A DNA stretch of 62,189 nt, the filler included, from Sphacelaria rigidula (Eukaryota): the NCBI GenBank assembly GCA_964200075.2. It is 10 parts of 10 records of this genome, joined end to end, with 100 filler letters (N's around TTAATTAATTAA, not from the genome) between each part and the next. Parts side by side here need not be neighbours in the genome. Positions count along the whole stretch, not along the records: positions 49,834 to 55,961 come from CAXNAA020022046.1; positions 56,062 to 62,189 come from CAXNAA020022047.1; 8 more parts are not named here. One strand, given 5' to 3'. Below are positions 50,488 to 62,189 of the stretch, one piece after another. The notes beneath the pieces are model-generated. The model worked only from the letters and a program-made list of their open reading frames with translations. It did not search any database and was not told the DNA's origin. A program made the translations under genes and the position numbers. Each line of letters begins with the position of its first letter. Position 1 is the first letter of the stretch.

Positions 50488-52899
50488 TAAAGGGATGCTT
50501 TTCCGGAACCCGCACTGCAGAGGCCGCAGCACTCTGCAAACCGCCGCAACAAACCCAAAATGTACGTAAAAACGCGTTTCCTTCAGCGCTTTGGGTCTTT
50601 TCGGGTTCGCTGTGGCGAATTGGTCAAATCGGCTCCTATAATCCTTAGGCTTAGTGTGTGTGTGTGGGGTGAAGTGCCACAGGTCGGTTTGCTTCCTGTC
50701 CCTGTGTCGAGAACGAGGCGATGAAAAAGTTACAGCTGTCGCATACTAAACCTAGGTAACTTGGGATGGAGCGTGTGTTCCGTTCAGCAGAGGTTCAGCA
50801 GAGGTTCGGCACAGGTCCGGACAGTTCATGACGTCTTCATTATTCCTCCGCGTCTCTTTTTGTTTTTTTTTGCCCACGGATTTCTGGTCGCTAGACCCTT
50901 TATTCACGGACATAACCGTGGAAAGTTTGCGGAGGTTTTCCACTGAGGTAGTGACAAATTACATCACCTACCGAGTGCAATGCGAAATCCAAACGCCAAT
51001 CTATCTCCTACCGCAAACAAGGCCAAACTGCCGTAAAGATCTTGCTGTCCTAACCCCAGAATATCTCGACGAGGTATTTCCAATGGAACATGACTTTGGT
51101 GGCATGCCCCACGTCGCAGATTGAAGAGCAAAACCGAGGTTGTTGGGTGTCTGCATCTCGCTCCGAATTATATATCTCGTATAACACCCACGGTATTTTC
51201 ATACCAAACGGTCCCGGTGGTGTCGTGAGGTGAAAAATGCCACTGAGGGGACGCGCGCCATCAAGAGCGATACCTAGGTATTTTCTGTGCAGACAAGTAG
51301 CTTCCTACCGCGGGAATACCTTAGCGCTGTTGGAATTAATCTGAACGGCGAAACTGAAAGTAAAGCCAGAGTAAAGACGAGAAAACCTGATAAAAAGTCA
51401 TCGAGCTAAGCAACAAAGTAGGAGGGGGGAAATGGAAACCCTGAAAAACGAGAGGCACGCACCGTCACGATGCGTTCGAAGAGGTTGATGGGACCCCCGT
51501 GTTCTTTGTCGAAAGGCTCGATACGTTTCGCCAGCTCCATCTCCGACACTTTCAGCTTGGCCTCGGCGACATCTGATTTTGCCACAACACAACACGTGGG
51601 ATCCTTGGATCATTGGAGGATGACATAATGATGGCGACGACGATGGGCTCATCCTATCAGTAGCATATGCGTACCATGTCTAAACGTTCTCATGTTGCAC
51701 CACACCGGCACGCCAGGTTTCTTTTGCACGTGTTCTCTCTCGAGTAGAGCGAGAAAGTATACGTCTTGAAACAGCACACAAACGTTATAGTACTTTGTTC
51801 TGTTCCAGTGCTACCGCCTCTCCAGGTCACGCTTCAAGGACAAGCAAACTCACCCCCCCCGCTTCTTCAGTCTCTTGTGCTCGAGCTCGTTTCTAGGTAC
51901 AAGTTCTATCGGCCGGCAGCCCCGCTGACAAGTGTGCGTGTATCTTTTATCGCACTTCAACTGATCCCCCAGGAGTCATGATCCAGCCGTGGTCATTATC
52001 CACATGATAGACGTACCCAAGACAAAGACAAAACTGAAACACTCGCTGAAGAAAAATGAAGAAAAAAACAGAACAGACAAGGTAAAATAGACAATCAGAG
52101 TAGAATAAGAAAATAAAACAAGAGAAAAAAGACAACATAAAAAAAGACAAAAAGAGATATGGCCGGTCTCTGTCACATGGTTTCGGTAAAAAAATGTCTT
52201 GCACAGAAACCACCCTCACACCCAATCAATCGTAGGAAACAAAAGCCCGTGGGAAAAGATTGCGACTCATCTACTACGACCTAACTATTTTGAGTATAAA
52301 ACATGAACCCTAAGGAAGCGAGGTACCACACTGCTCTAGCGTATGTGAGACAGCTGCTTGCTTCGTACTTCGCTTTTCTTCTTTCGGCGCGCGAGGGTGG
52401 GGAGGGGGAGGAGGAGGCGTGGATGAAGATGTCAAATACAAGAAGTTCACCAGAGGACACTGACGGTATACTATTGTAGTGTGCCAACAGAAAGATCCGT
52501 CGCGCTACATGAAGGGGTTGGAACCTTCTTAAACCCAAACCTGAACCTCCCCGCCTTCCCTCTCTACAAACAAGGAAGCCAACAGCTCACCCTTATATCG
52601 TTGCGTCGTGATATTCTGCAGGGTGGACGGAATGTGGTCTGGATCTCCGAAGCCGTAGAAATGCGCGTCTTGCCTGTCCGCCAAAGTAACACCCGCCGCA
52701 CTGCTTATGCCACCATCGCTTAACTTCGAGCTCCCTAGCACTAGGTGAGACACGTCAGCGCCCCCCCCCCAGCCACCGCGTGCTGCCAAGGACGAGCGGC
52801 ACCGGGGTCGCTGGTCGCGGCTTGGAGGGTGGAGGACGAAGCCTTGGGGAGTGGATGTTGTTGCCCTGAGGATGGCTGATGGCGAAAATAGAAAAGAGT

Positions 52900-55250
52900 G
52901 TGCTTCGTTCGCCAGCAGAGCTGCACTCGCAGCTGCTGCTACTGCGGCATAGACGGCAGGTCCGCCGTTCAGATGCTGCGTAGGTTACGGGAAATGGGGT
53001 CGACGATATTTTTTCTCATGATAACATCGGTTTCAGTTCCACACAAATTATCGCAGCAAATGGACCTTGCTACTTCGATAAGGGGCGAAAGCGGTTCTGT
53101 TTCGTCCGTGTGTGGAATTGACAGAAAATCAGCAGCTTTTCGAAACTTGAATGCGTACTGAACAAGGGAAGTTTCGTTCCTCAGCTTTTGCCATGTAACT
53201 TCACCTATGTTTGTCCTACGGAGTACGTAGCCAAAGTTTGGACGTGTGAAGCCTTGCTCGGCTCCATCACAAGCATGCCGAGCGTCATCATGACCGTGTC
53301 AACAGATTTTCCAATTAATGCTCACCCATCGCTAGACGATATCTAGAGTAGACCAGGAAAATGCCCATGAGATAAAATACCCACACAGCACGAGTTTACA
53401 GTTCGCAACGCTACCCAGCAATTCTCCGCCATGCGGATTGCACTCCAAGGAGCGTTCCTCGTGTCGCGGAGAGACGCTGAGAAGCTCACATGCCGAAGCT
53501 GCAGTGGATGGCCGATGCAGATGTAGCACCAGGTAGCTGTATATTGCCCTTCACAACCGCGTTGGATTGGTCGCCAGTGACACAAAACTTTCGCTGATCC
53601 AGCCTCTACGAATCATAATACCTTTTCACAAGCACCCTGGCTTCTGCTCCAGGCCCCGCACCGTACGATCGTCGGGTTCATCCGGACCAAAGACCCTGTG
53701 CCGGCGTTGCTGAACCATATCTATACAACACCACATGTAGCTATTATAGTCCATAAAGGCGTCGTGGGCAAAAACAGAGCCGTGCATCATCCTGAGCCAC
53801 CTTGAGCACCAACAATGGCTGATCAAACGAGCGTGCTAGCATATGCAGCGAATGACCACAACACTCTTAATAAACGCTGCACTGTAGCCTCAGGTACCAG
53901 CTACTGCCGTTCCGGTGATGAAACAGCTGCCCGGACAAGCTAGTCCTCACCACAGCGAGATCGGTGCTGCATTCGAGTGCTACAGCACAGTACAACAGCA
54001 CAGACGGCTTTTGCATGATGTTTTTCAAGCACCCACCACCACCAGCGAAACACATTTCCAGTAAAATGAAGAGTCTTCAATCATATTCCGATGACCTACC
54101 TTCACCATGATCACGTACAACTCCCGTCGAAACCCTCCAAGGCACCACGCCCGTTTGCAAATGTTCAGGCAAAGCTGGGACAGGAAGCTGGTTCCGCCGC
54201 ATTTCAATGATGATTCCATCTCACGCGATACATTTAAATAATGGCGATGTTCAAGGCGACCATACGATCGGGTTTCACGCACTCACTTCCTCGGAGTTGA
54301 GTTGTATAACAGAGCAGTGGTGAGGACTGTGCTCACTGGCCTGGAACGCTGAAGGATAGAGGACTTCTACATTGTGCTGCATCGCATTGCAATTCGAAGA
54401 GGATTCCGAGGGCAACGCAGTTGAAGGGAGATGGCTACCAAAGTTTTCCACTCGGTGGTGAATCAGGCTGCCAAGATGTACCAGAAGAGCATGAGAAGGA
54501 AGCTATGCGGGTTCGGTAAGCTCCGAAGGGAGGGTGATTTACCTCCATAGTGCTACGAGGTAGTAGTAGGAGCCAGGCTTCAAGTCTGTGTAGATGATAC
54601 ATCCATGTGTACGCACGCAGGTGTTTTTGCGAGTGGGGTATAAAGGATGGTGCGATCGACTTGAGTGGAGTGCTCTCGAGGGGTACAGCGAGGAGGCTTT
54701 GAGAGGTGGTACGGCAAGTGTTCTGCCGTGACGCCCGTGAAGGGAGTACAGACACAAGTACAATCGGGGCTTAGGTGGGGGCTGCAATGGAGCAGTACAC
54801 GGGCGCAATAGCAAATGCTTGTAAAATTCTACTGAGCCCTTGTCAACATCTCGAGCTAGAGTAATCTTCTGTGTTCTTGTTGTGAGGGATAACGTCGAAA
54901 AACTCCTAGCTTTCGTGGGATACCAGACTGAGGGCTCTTGGCCAAAAAAGCGTTTCAGACGTGCAGTCATAGGCATGCATATATAGTCTGCCATAAAGAT
55001 GTACTGCCCTACTGACTGTACAACAGTCATGTGTAATACTCTGGAGTATTTTGCACTGATGTGTTGTCTGCGGTCCACTGTCTGTACGGAGCTCTGCTAC
55101 AGCACAAGTTCACCTGTCGTGCACTTCTGTTTGAAAGCTCCTTGGCAGTCCAACGACAGTTTGTTCTCTAGGCTGCAGGCCGTTGGTCGTTGCCCACCTT
55201 TTTCTCCACGAGAAACACGGCACTACAGACAATAGTAGTCACTTTCACGC
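52900..55250 (-). pseudogene. hAT-family transposase relic
   Basis: In order: HISAKYSR..VQSVGQYIF; LSLVSHES (SLxxDES-like); EFYKHLLLRPCTA; KPDRMVA/CIA*DG; ECCGHSLHML (CxxHxLxL). Confidence 0.6.
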
Positions 55251-56556
55251 AATACAGTGGTTTAGTGCGGATAGACGATGAAGGGACGTGGGGGTAGAGG
55301 TCGTCTGAAGTTCCGTGGTTTCCACCTTTGCCTCTTCGACTACAGACAAGGTGATCCGTTCCCATTGAGTATGGGTCAACCGGGGTGGCCGATCTTGTTT
55401 CAGTCGAAGGGGTCAAGGCACATCCTGGCGCATCAACTGTATTCCAGTAGTGGTACCTTGTATTCTACCAAGGGATTGTCATATTCCAAATACCCCACCC
55501 CTCCACGCCAGCTCCCTTGAACAGGGTGAGGGCTTCGTACTAGAGTAGAGGTGCGATCCAGGGTTCAAATCACAGTCTCATGGAGGATGGGGTGGTTGGA
55601 GAAGTTCACACTTCGGGTGTAGAATTGCGTTACCCCCCTGCCCCTCCCTCTTAATGTTAACATTTGTGTACACATGTCCGTGTCGTAGCTAGCTCTTATA
55701 CCGCGCGAGTAGTCCATCTGGGCCATGCATACTTTTTTCAAGTTCAAATTGATGCCGATTCAACAGATGACCTGCTCTCACCGTCTAAGGGTCGAATACT
55801 TGACGCCCTCGTTTACTCCTGTGATGTAACATGAACGTCTCTTACGCGTGTTGAACCCGCCAAGCAAATGCCGGTGGCATCAGGGGGGTCTCTGGATTGG
55901 ATATGACCAACCCCAACTCCCTACGAGCCCTTTTTTTGGGCCCGATTTTTTCAAAAAAAACNNNNNNNNNNNNNNNNNNNNNNNNNNNNNNNNNNNNNNN
56001 NNNNNTTAATTAATTAANNNNNNNNNNNNNNNNNNNNNNNNNNNNNNNNNNNNNNNNNNNNGAATATTTTAATCCTCCGGGTTCTCATCCTCAATGAAAA
56101 TCTCCATCCTCAACAAAGATGATCCGCTGTTATCACAAAAAAAATCCCCCTCCAATATATAAAATCCCGTGTTTTATTTCACAGTAAGTTACAGTCAAAT
56201 ATACCCGGAACCCGGAGTTTGAAGTTTGAAACATTTTTTTTTGTATACACTATACGAGAGTATCACACGGTGGAAGGGTGTTGTCCCCTCAATCAAGATG
56301 AACGCAGCAACTACCCCCCGTATGTGTTGATCATGGATCTCCAAGGAACGTAACAGGCACTTTCGGGAGAGTAACCGTGAAAAAAACAAAAAAATCCCCA
56401 ACCGCCACAATCACGATCATCACTATCACGTCGCGTTCCCACATTATTTTTGGACTCGATAATACGGGCCCTAACCCCGCAACCACGCGCCCGCACGAGA
56501 CACAACCCTTTTCTTGGCATGTGCAACCTCAAGGCACTTTTCATTATTATTGTGTA

Positions 56557-56665
56557 TGTAGTGGGTGGGAGGACCGCGTGCTCAGGGGACCGCATCGGAA
56601 TTTCAACACCCCTATGATCACCGTTAGGGTTAGGGTTAGTGCACGCGCTCCTCCCCCGCATTACA
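56557..56665. mobile_element. Internally deleted telomere-repeat MITE
   Basis: Left TIR, ttagggttagggttag and a partial right TIR ending cattaca. Confidence 0.8.
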
Positions 56666-56817
56666 AACAGTATAGACTCGGCACATACACACCAACCATG
56701 CGAAGAAAAAAACTCGACTGTATACCGCAACTAAGTAGTGAGTTTTTCAACGAACATTCGAACCCTTTTCTCGTACAGCAGTAGTATGAGATGCTTCAGC
56801 AGGCGAGCCGTATTATT

Positions 56818-56904
56818 GAGATATCTCAAACTCGAGATTCCCGGTATATTTCACATCAATCAACCGTTGAATAATATATCGGGAACCTCGAGTTTGAGAC
56901 ACCT
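56818..56904. mobile_element. Short palindromic MITE (related copies at about 56165-56232 and tandem at 58138-58290)
   Basis: TIR tctcaaactcgag(a/g)ttccc / gggaacctcgagtttgaga. Confidence 0.82.
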
Positions 56905-57610
56905 CTACTACAGCAGGAAACAAACGACGACCCAGCACATCGGTCGCATAGCGCAGCACAATTTCCCACCATCGCCGAAAACTAGGCATGCCAGAAGAAC
57001 TGTTCAAACTTCCTCAGCTCTCGAGGCCCCAAATACTTTACATATTGTTCAAAATGTTCCAGTGAGGCTCTTGAGATGTGCGTTGTCCAATTTGCACACT
57101 CACGAATCCGTTGACGAAAAATGTCGAAAATGTCCAGCCTCCCGAGTTTCAGACTCCTCTCAGAAATCGTCGAACATGTGGCGAGCGCATTTGCCTTGGA
57201 ATGCACGACATTTACTTGTATAATTCGCGATGGGGTACAGCACAGAGTAGTGCAGCGCAGTTCTATACATACTATCCATGTATAAACGGAACTGCTACTG
57301 TTCGCCATCACTGCGAGTACAGTAAAATGTCTGGTACTCTCTCAACGTGCAACGCTCGCTGTGAGAGTCGTCTCACAACACAATAAAATGTTACAGTCTA
57401 GACTCACGTGGATGGCTTATTGTGGTGAGCGTACAACTAGACACGACCCCGCGCATACCTCTACCCCTCTCCCCACCCGACCACTCATCACTTCATCTCG
57501 TTCCCAGCTATCTCGCTAGCCCTTCATTTTGTAAACCCCCTGGAGAACCTACCTGTACCGCTACTACTACTGTACCCACCAAATCAAGCGAGGGCACCAC
57601 CTCCAATAAC

Positions 57611-57925
57611 ATGCCAGCTCTGCGTCTCATCACCGCTGCCGTCGCCTGCCTTTCGGCAGTCACGGCAACCATCTACGAGTGCTCCCCAGACGGCTTGCCC
57701 TACACGATCGAGGCTGCTCTGGCTGTGGCTGGGCCGGGAGATACCGTGTCTTTGGCGGATGGCGTCTACCGCGAGCCAATTGTCACGATGGCTCACGGGG
57801 AAGACGGCAACCCCTTGGTTATCGAGGGTGGCCCGGGTGCGATTATCAGCGCTTTCAGCGGAGATCGAAGCCTCATGTGGTCTCAGAAGGTTGTGGACAT
57901 CCGGCACTCATGGACCACCCTCAGG
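57611..57925 (+). CDS. Exon 1 of a secreted right-handed parallel beta-helix (pectin-lyase-fold) protein; candidate PL41-type alginate lyase
   Basis: ATG plus signal peptide MPALRLITAAVACLSAVTA; N-cap motif TIEAALAVAGPGDTVSLADGVY; donor agg|gtaag, phase 0. Confidence 0.9.
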
Positions 57926-60348
57926 GTAAGACTACAGTACAATGTTTGGAGAGGTATCTTAGCGCACCGTGTCGGATCATGCACACAGCATGGCGGCCTC
58001 TTGTTCCATCTTGTTTAAAGTCCCGTATACAGCGATACTTACTGTCCATATACTACCGGTAGGGCGATCACACATGATTGGGCGGATCCACAGTACAGTA
58101 CATGGGTCAAAGTGGAAAGACGGGGAGTCTGCGCAATAGATCTCAAACTCGAGATTCCCGGTTTATTTCACAGTAACTTACAGTTGACGGTGAATCAGGA
58201 ACCATGAGTTTGAGATGGAGGTATCTCAAACTCGAGGTTCCCGGTATATTTCACAGTTAGTTACAGTCAAAACCCCGAGTTTTGAGACACTTCTGCAATT
58301 TGCTGTGTCGCACTGTGCCCAGGACACGTCTGCCATCATCAGCGCAGGAGCATCCCCACCGTGTTTTGTGCTTCATATATATATATGCGTGCTGCATCAA
58401 CGACTCCGCCACTTAAGAACATCGTGGTCGTATTCGGTGGTGCATTTCGGCCCCTCCTTATGCTGCGCCCCGATTGTTTTTCATGAGGGACTTGTGTCGG
58501 GATACACCGCTTTTTAGTCGCGCATCACAAGTCGGTTGGGCGGTCATATTGTATAAACAGTAATAACTGCCCGAGCACGGAAGAGTGCACACGATCGATA
58601 CAACTTTTCATTTATGGAGACGAAGAGCATGCATCCCACGACTGTTTCCTTGACCAAGACTAAGTGAGGTGTGCTGGGGGCGGTGACCTTGAGACATGTG
58701 TGCCTCGCTGGTCGAGTATCGAACCGTACGTTTTTGTGAAAGATAACCCTACTTCGCAATTTCCACGCGACCGCTTGAAGAATATTCGACGAATGTTCTA
58801 CTATATATGCAAATTACTCCGCGTTCCACATCCGGCGGACATATTTCGGACAAACGCACACACGCATATATATATATATATATATACTGGTCATGGGTCC
58901 CGAAATCGTATCGCAGCAGAATTGAATAATCTTGGACAGTCTGAAGATCCGACCGTCTAGCGCAGAAGATACACGAATCACCAGATGATACTTCTGTCCG
59001 CAAGAGTTCACTTTTACGAAACGCATGCATACTCACAATATTCAAATCTTGCATGCGAATGAAACGTGTTCGGTATAACCTCAAAATGACGGCCCGTTCG
59101 CACTTCCATCCGGTTTCAGATTATACTGTAATGCTTCATGCTTTCCAGACGATATTGCTAGTCACACACATGCATGGAGCGTGTGGCTTCACTCTGAATG
59201 AAACAAAAGAGTTCAATCTGCAAGGAGATATGTGTTTCGCAAGGTTGGTGGGTGAGCGCCTGGGCACAACGTAGTTGGGCATGATGATATGCTTTCACCT
59301 ATAATTGAGGATGTCACATATTTTTTGTAGCTTCCTGGACCGTTTGGATCTATTTCCGGTCAACATAAATTATTGAAGGAACACTGCGTTCACTATCGCC
59401 AACCAGATGACCCGCCGAACAAAGCACGGTGCACTGACTTGTTACATACGCTCAAGGCTCGCACCACGATCTATCGCATAGTTCAGCTATGTCTGCCTAG
59501 GTGACAAAATCAGCGGAGACATTCCCTGATTCGAACACGTCATCGATCGAGATAAACGGCCAACCTTCCGGTAAATTCGTGTAGATTTCTTGCAAGGTAA
59601 ATTTGTGGTGGTGCGGGGCTGCATGCTTCATGTGTTGAATGCTGAGCGCCGCTGATGTGCTGCTGTTGTATACCGCAGCAGAGAAGGTATCGACGTCGTC
59701 TGGTCTTGTGGTGCGCAGTTGCAGTATCGTCTTGCAATTAATTGTGCTTCCGTCACTGAGTGTGAAAATTCTCCCCCTCTTCGCGGTTGACCTGTGTGCT
59801 GGCCATCTACAGACGACGGTGTTGTCAAGCCGCACACGGGATCGTAAGAGTATTGTACGCCGGTGCTAAGTGCAGCACTAGTGCTACTCTATATCGTTAT
59901 GTGATACGAAGTAGAAACACGAGGGAGGTACGCGGTGCAGACACCTCAGCAGTAGTAGTAGCACATATCGTTTCGAGGTACTCCCTTGCTGCTCAGATGC
60001 CTCTCAACCGTTATGGCCCCAGGCCATGCATATAGCTTCACTGAACACGCAACAGCACAACGACAGTATGTGCCACAACGTCCGCCGACCACTGCCTCCA
60101 TGTGCACAACATTTGACATGCTGTACAACTTGCTTCGGTGTCGTGTAGTCGCCACAATGCGACAAACTTCTACTGTATCTGACGTGAAGCCCCCCTGTAG
60201 TATTTGGAGAAAAAGATTTTTGCATGCGTCCAATGATTTCACGTGAAAGACGAAGCTGGCCTCCTCATGTCCTCTCGTATATCACAGCAGAAAATTACAA
60301 CGGCTGACTGTACTGTTGGCGCTCACGTGAAATACATGTGCAACGCAG

Positions 60349-60521
60349 GGCTTCACCGTTGACGGACACCTGGACGACTTGGAAGAAGAAGAGTCATTCG
60401 TCGACAAATGCATATGGATCGAGGGCAAAGAGGAGCCGACGACTGTGGCGTTCGGTGGAAGCGAGGTGGAAACTTCCCTGATTGGCTTCCACATGGAGGA
60501 CATGACGATCAGGAACTGCGG
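60349..60521 (+). CDS. Exon 2 of the beta-helix protein
   Basis: gcag|GFTVDG...DKCIWIEG...MTIRNCG|gtgcgt; phases match exons 1 and 3. Confidence 0.9.
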
Positions 60522-60972
60522 GTGCGTGGCCGTTGTTTCGGTCCAGCTGGTTCATTTAGCCAAGGCAGGAGGACAGCCTACTACAAATGAGTACAGTATT
60601 TGCTTTTCGTTGCTACCACCATCGCAATATTATCGCTGCTACCACCGTGTATAGGTTCGCTAACATGGCGCGGATTGCCTCGAAGCCCTCGCAACATTTT
60701 GTGAACCGTGTGGGCAACTGAGCGAGACAATCGTTCGCGCTGATTGTAGTGAGGACTACCGATTTACACTCATTCGCTTCGATAAATATCGAGTGTATCA
60801 CGATAAGTTGCACGGTGAACGTGGCTGCTAGAACTGACTCATTTTCACGAAACGAACGAAAAATAGATACCCCCATCATGCTGACATATAGTACTCACAC
60901 ACCATTCATCAACTTACTTGCAAATTCATGTGTGTGCCCGGCGGCGCTCACTAAACTTGCGTCCACTTCCAG

Positions 60973-61305
60973 CATGGAGTGCGTGCGCATGAGAAACTGG
61001 GTGACCAACTCGGTGATCGCCAACAACTTCATCGAAGACTGTGGTATCTACGACTTCCGCTTCCAGTTTGATGGGAAAATTGGCGAGGCCATCTACATCG
61101 GAACTTCCAGCAACCAGTGGACCGACGGACCGGATGGAAGCAACTACAACCTCGTCAAGAACAACACGCTCATCCCCCGCGGTAACGAGTGCGTGGACAT
61201 CAAAGAAGGCGCCACCATGAACGTTGTCGAGAACAACGTGTGCGCGGAGCAGCTGGACGAAGAGTCTGGCTGCTACGACTCCAGGGGAAACGGAAACACC
61301 TTCAG
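60973..61305 (+). CDS. Exon 3 of the beta-helix protein (gene continues beyond the contig)
   Basis: ttccag|...ECVRMRN..GEAIYIGTSSNQW..GNECVDIKEG..CYDSRGNGNTFR|gtacgt; PbH1-type repeats. Confidence 0.92.
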
Positions 61306-61844
61306 GTACGTGTCGGTTTGAGCAATCCTCGCGTCAACACGATCGTTTTTTTGCTCTTTTTGGAGACTGCTGCTATCACACAGAGTGCGCCATCTAGCGT
61401 CCAAACGCTCTGTACTCGGCAAGCTCCTTGCACTTATCGACAGACACAACCCGCGATTGACGCCTTAGGGGCTGATGGTCGCTGCTAAACTTTTAAGCGC
61501 GCGTGCATTGGCCGTTCGAATGCCCCGTCGGTCGAGATAGACATGCGACATTTAGTACTATATCCATCACAAGGCGCGAAGATGTGCCGATTCCTTGAAA
61601 TCCTTCTCTCTGGACACCAACCCTCACGGATGTTCTCGTAGAAGCCATGTGTAGCTTTTCAAGAGGGAGTATTATTGCAGAATAACCCGCCAATGGTGCG
61701 CCGCGCCCCCCTTGGCATTCGCTTGTCTGGACATCGGCCCTTGCACGAGGCATGCTGTGCATCTACACACACCGGGAGGTCCTTGCCCATTCTGTTTTCC
61801 CGTCACTATTCTAGCCCCCCCCCTCCTCGAGACGAGGCTGTGGC

Positions 61845-62119
61845 ATCATCATCAACCCATTTCTCTCCTGGTGCGGTACATGCCTTGCATTTTGGTAGCG
61901 CGGGATCGATGAGCCCTCCCGCGCATCGCATCGACTTTCGCGAAGCTTTGGTCTTTTTAACCCACCGCGTCCTTTTCCACCGGCGGAAGCTACGCACGTC
62001 CAATGAGAATGCCCTAATATTAAACGCATAGCTCTATCTAAATAGCATCCACCGAGAATCGAACCCGGATTCTTCCGACCTGATTCATGTCGTGCCTACG
62101 GATTACACCCCTGGACCGC
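61845..62119 (-). mobile_element. tRNA-derived SINE family 3 with (GAT)n tail
   Basis: Minus strand reads ggtccaggggtgtaatccgt ... gggttcgattctc (B box) and ends gatgatgatg. Confidence 0.7.
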
Positions 62120-62189
62120 GGCGGCCATATGCTGCAGCAGGGTTTTGAGGAACCCTAGCATGAAGTGGTTCGGGGGGTGGGTGGGTGGG

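Noticed and set aside
50880..51124. Protein-like stretch DFWSLDPLF...GGMPHVAD
   Set aside because: No intact AG acceptor and no family motif recognised; it cannot be assigned.

Overview
This window is not contiguous genome. It is ten unrelated contigs of about 6.13 kb, sorted by length (1-6130, 6231-12359, 12460-18588, 18689-24817, 24918-31046, 31147-37275, 37376-43504, 43605-49733, 49834-55961, 56062-62189) and joined by artificial 100-bp spacers (N44-TTAATTAATTAA-N44). The DNA is eukaryotic and repeat-rich. Long GT-AG introns, the tRNA-SINE families, Copia motifs and a beta-helix gene point to a brown alga (Phaeophyceae); this is an inference and I do not call a species. Host gene pieces: three exons of a secreted right-handed beta-helix protein (candidate alginate-active enzyme), one trehalose-6-phosphate phosphatase exon, a 2.1-kb disordered exon of an unknown gene, and one orphan exon. 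The rest is mobile DNA: an Ngaro/DIRS-type tyrosine-recombinase retroelement with split direct repeats and no RT/RNase H, an AcademX-like relic, a Penelope-like relic, a chromodomain Gypsy, a hAT relic, Copia relics with strong strand-asymmetric decay, several SINEs and many MITEs. One abundant TGT...ACA MITE carries telomere-like (CCCTAA)n repeats and makes 5-bp TSDs. I see no CRISPR array, rRNA or intact tRNA gene. All family assignments come from motif recognition by eye, without database searches.
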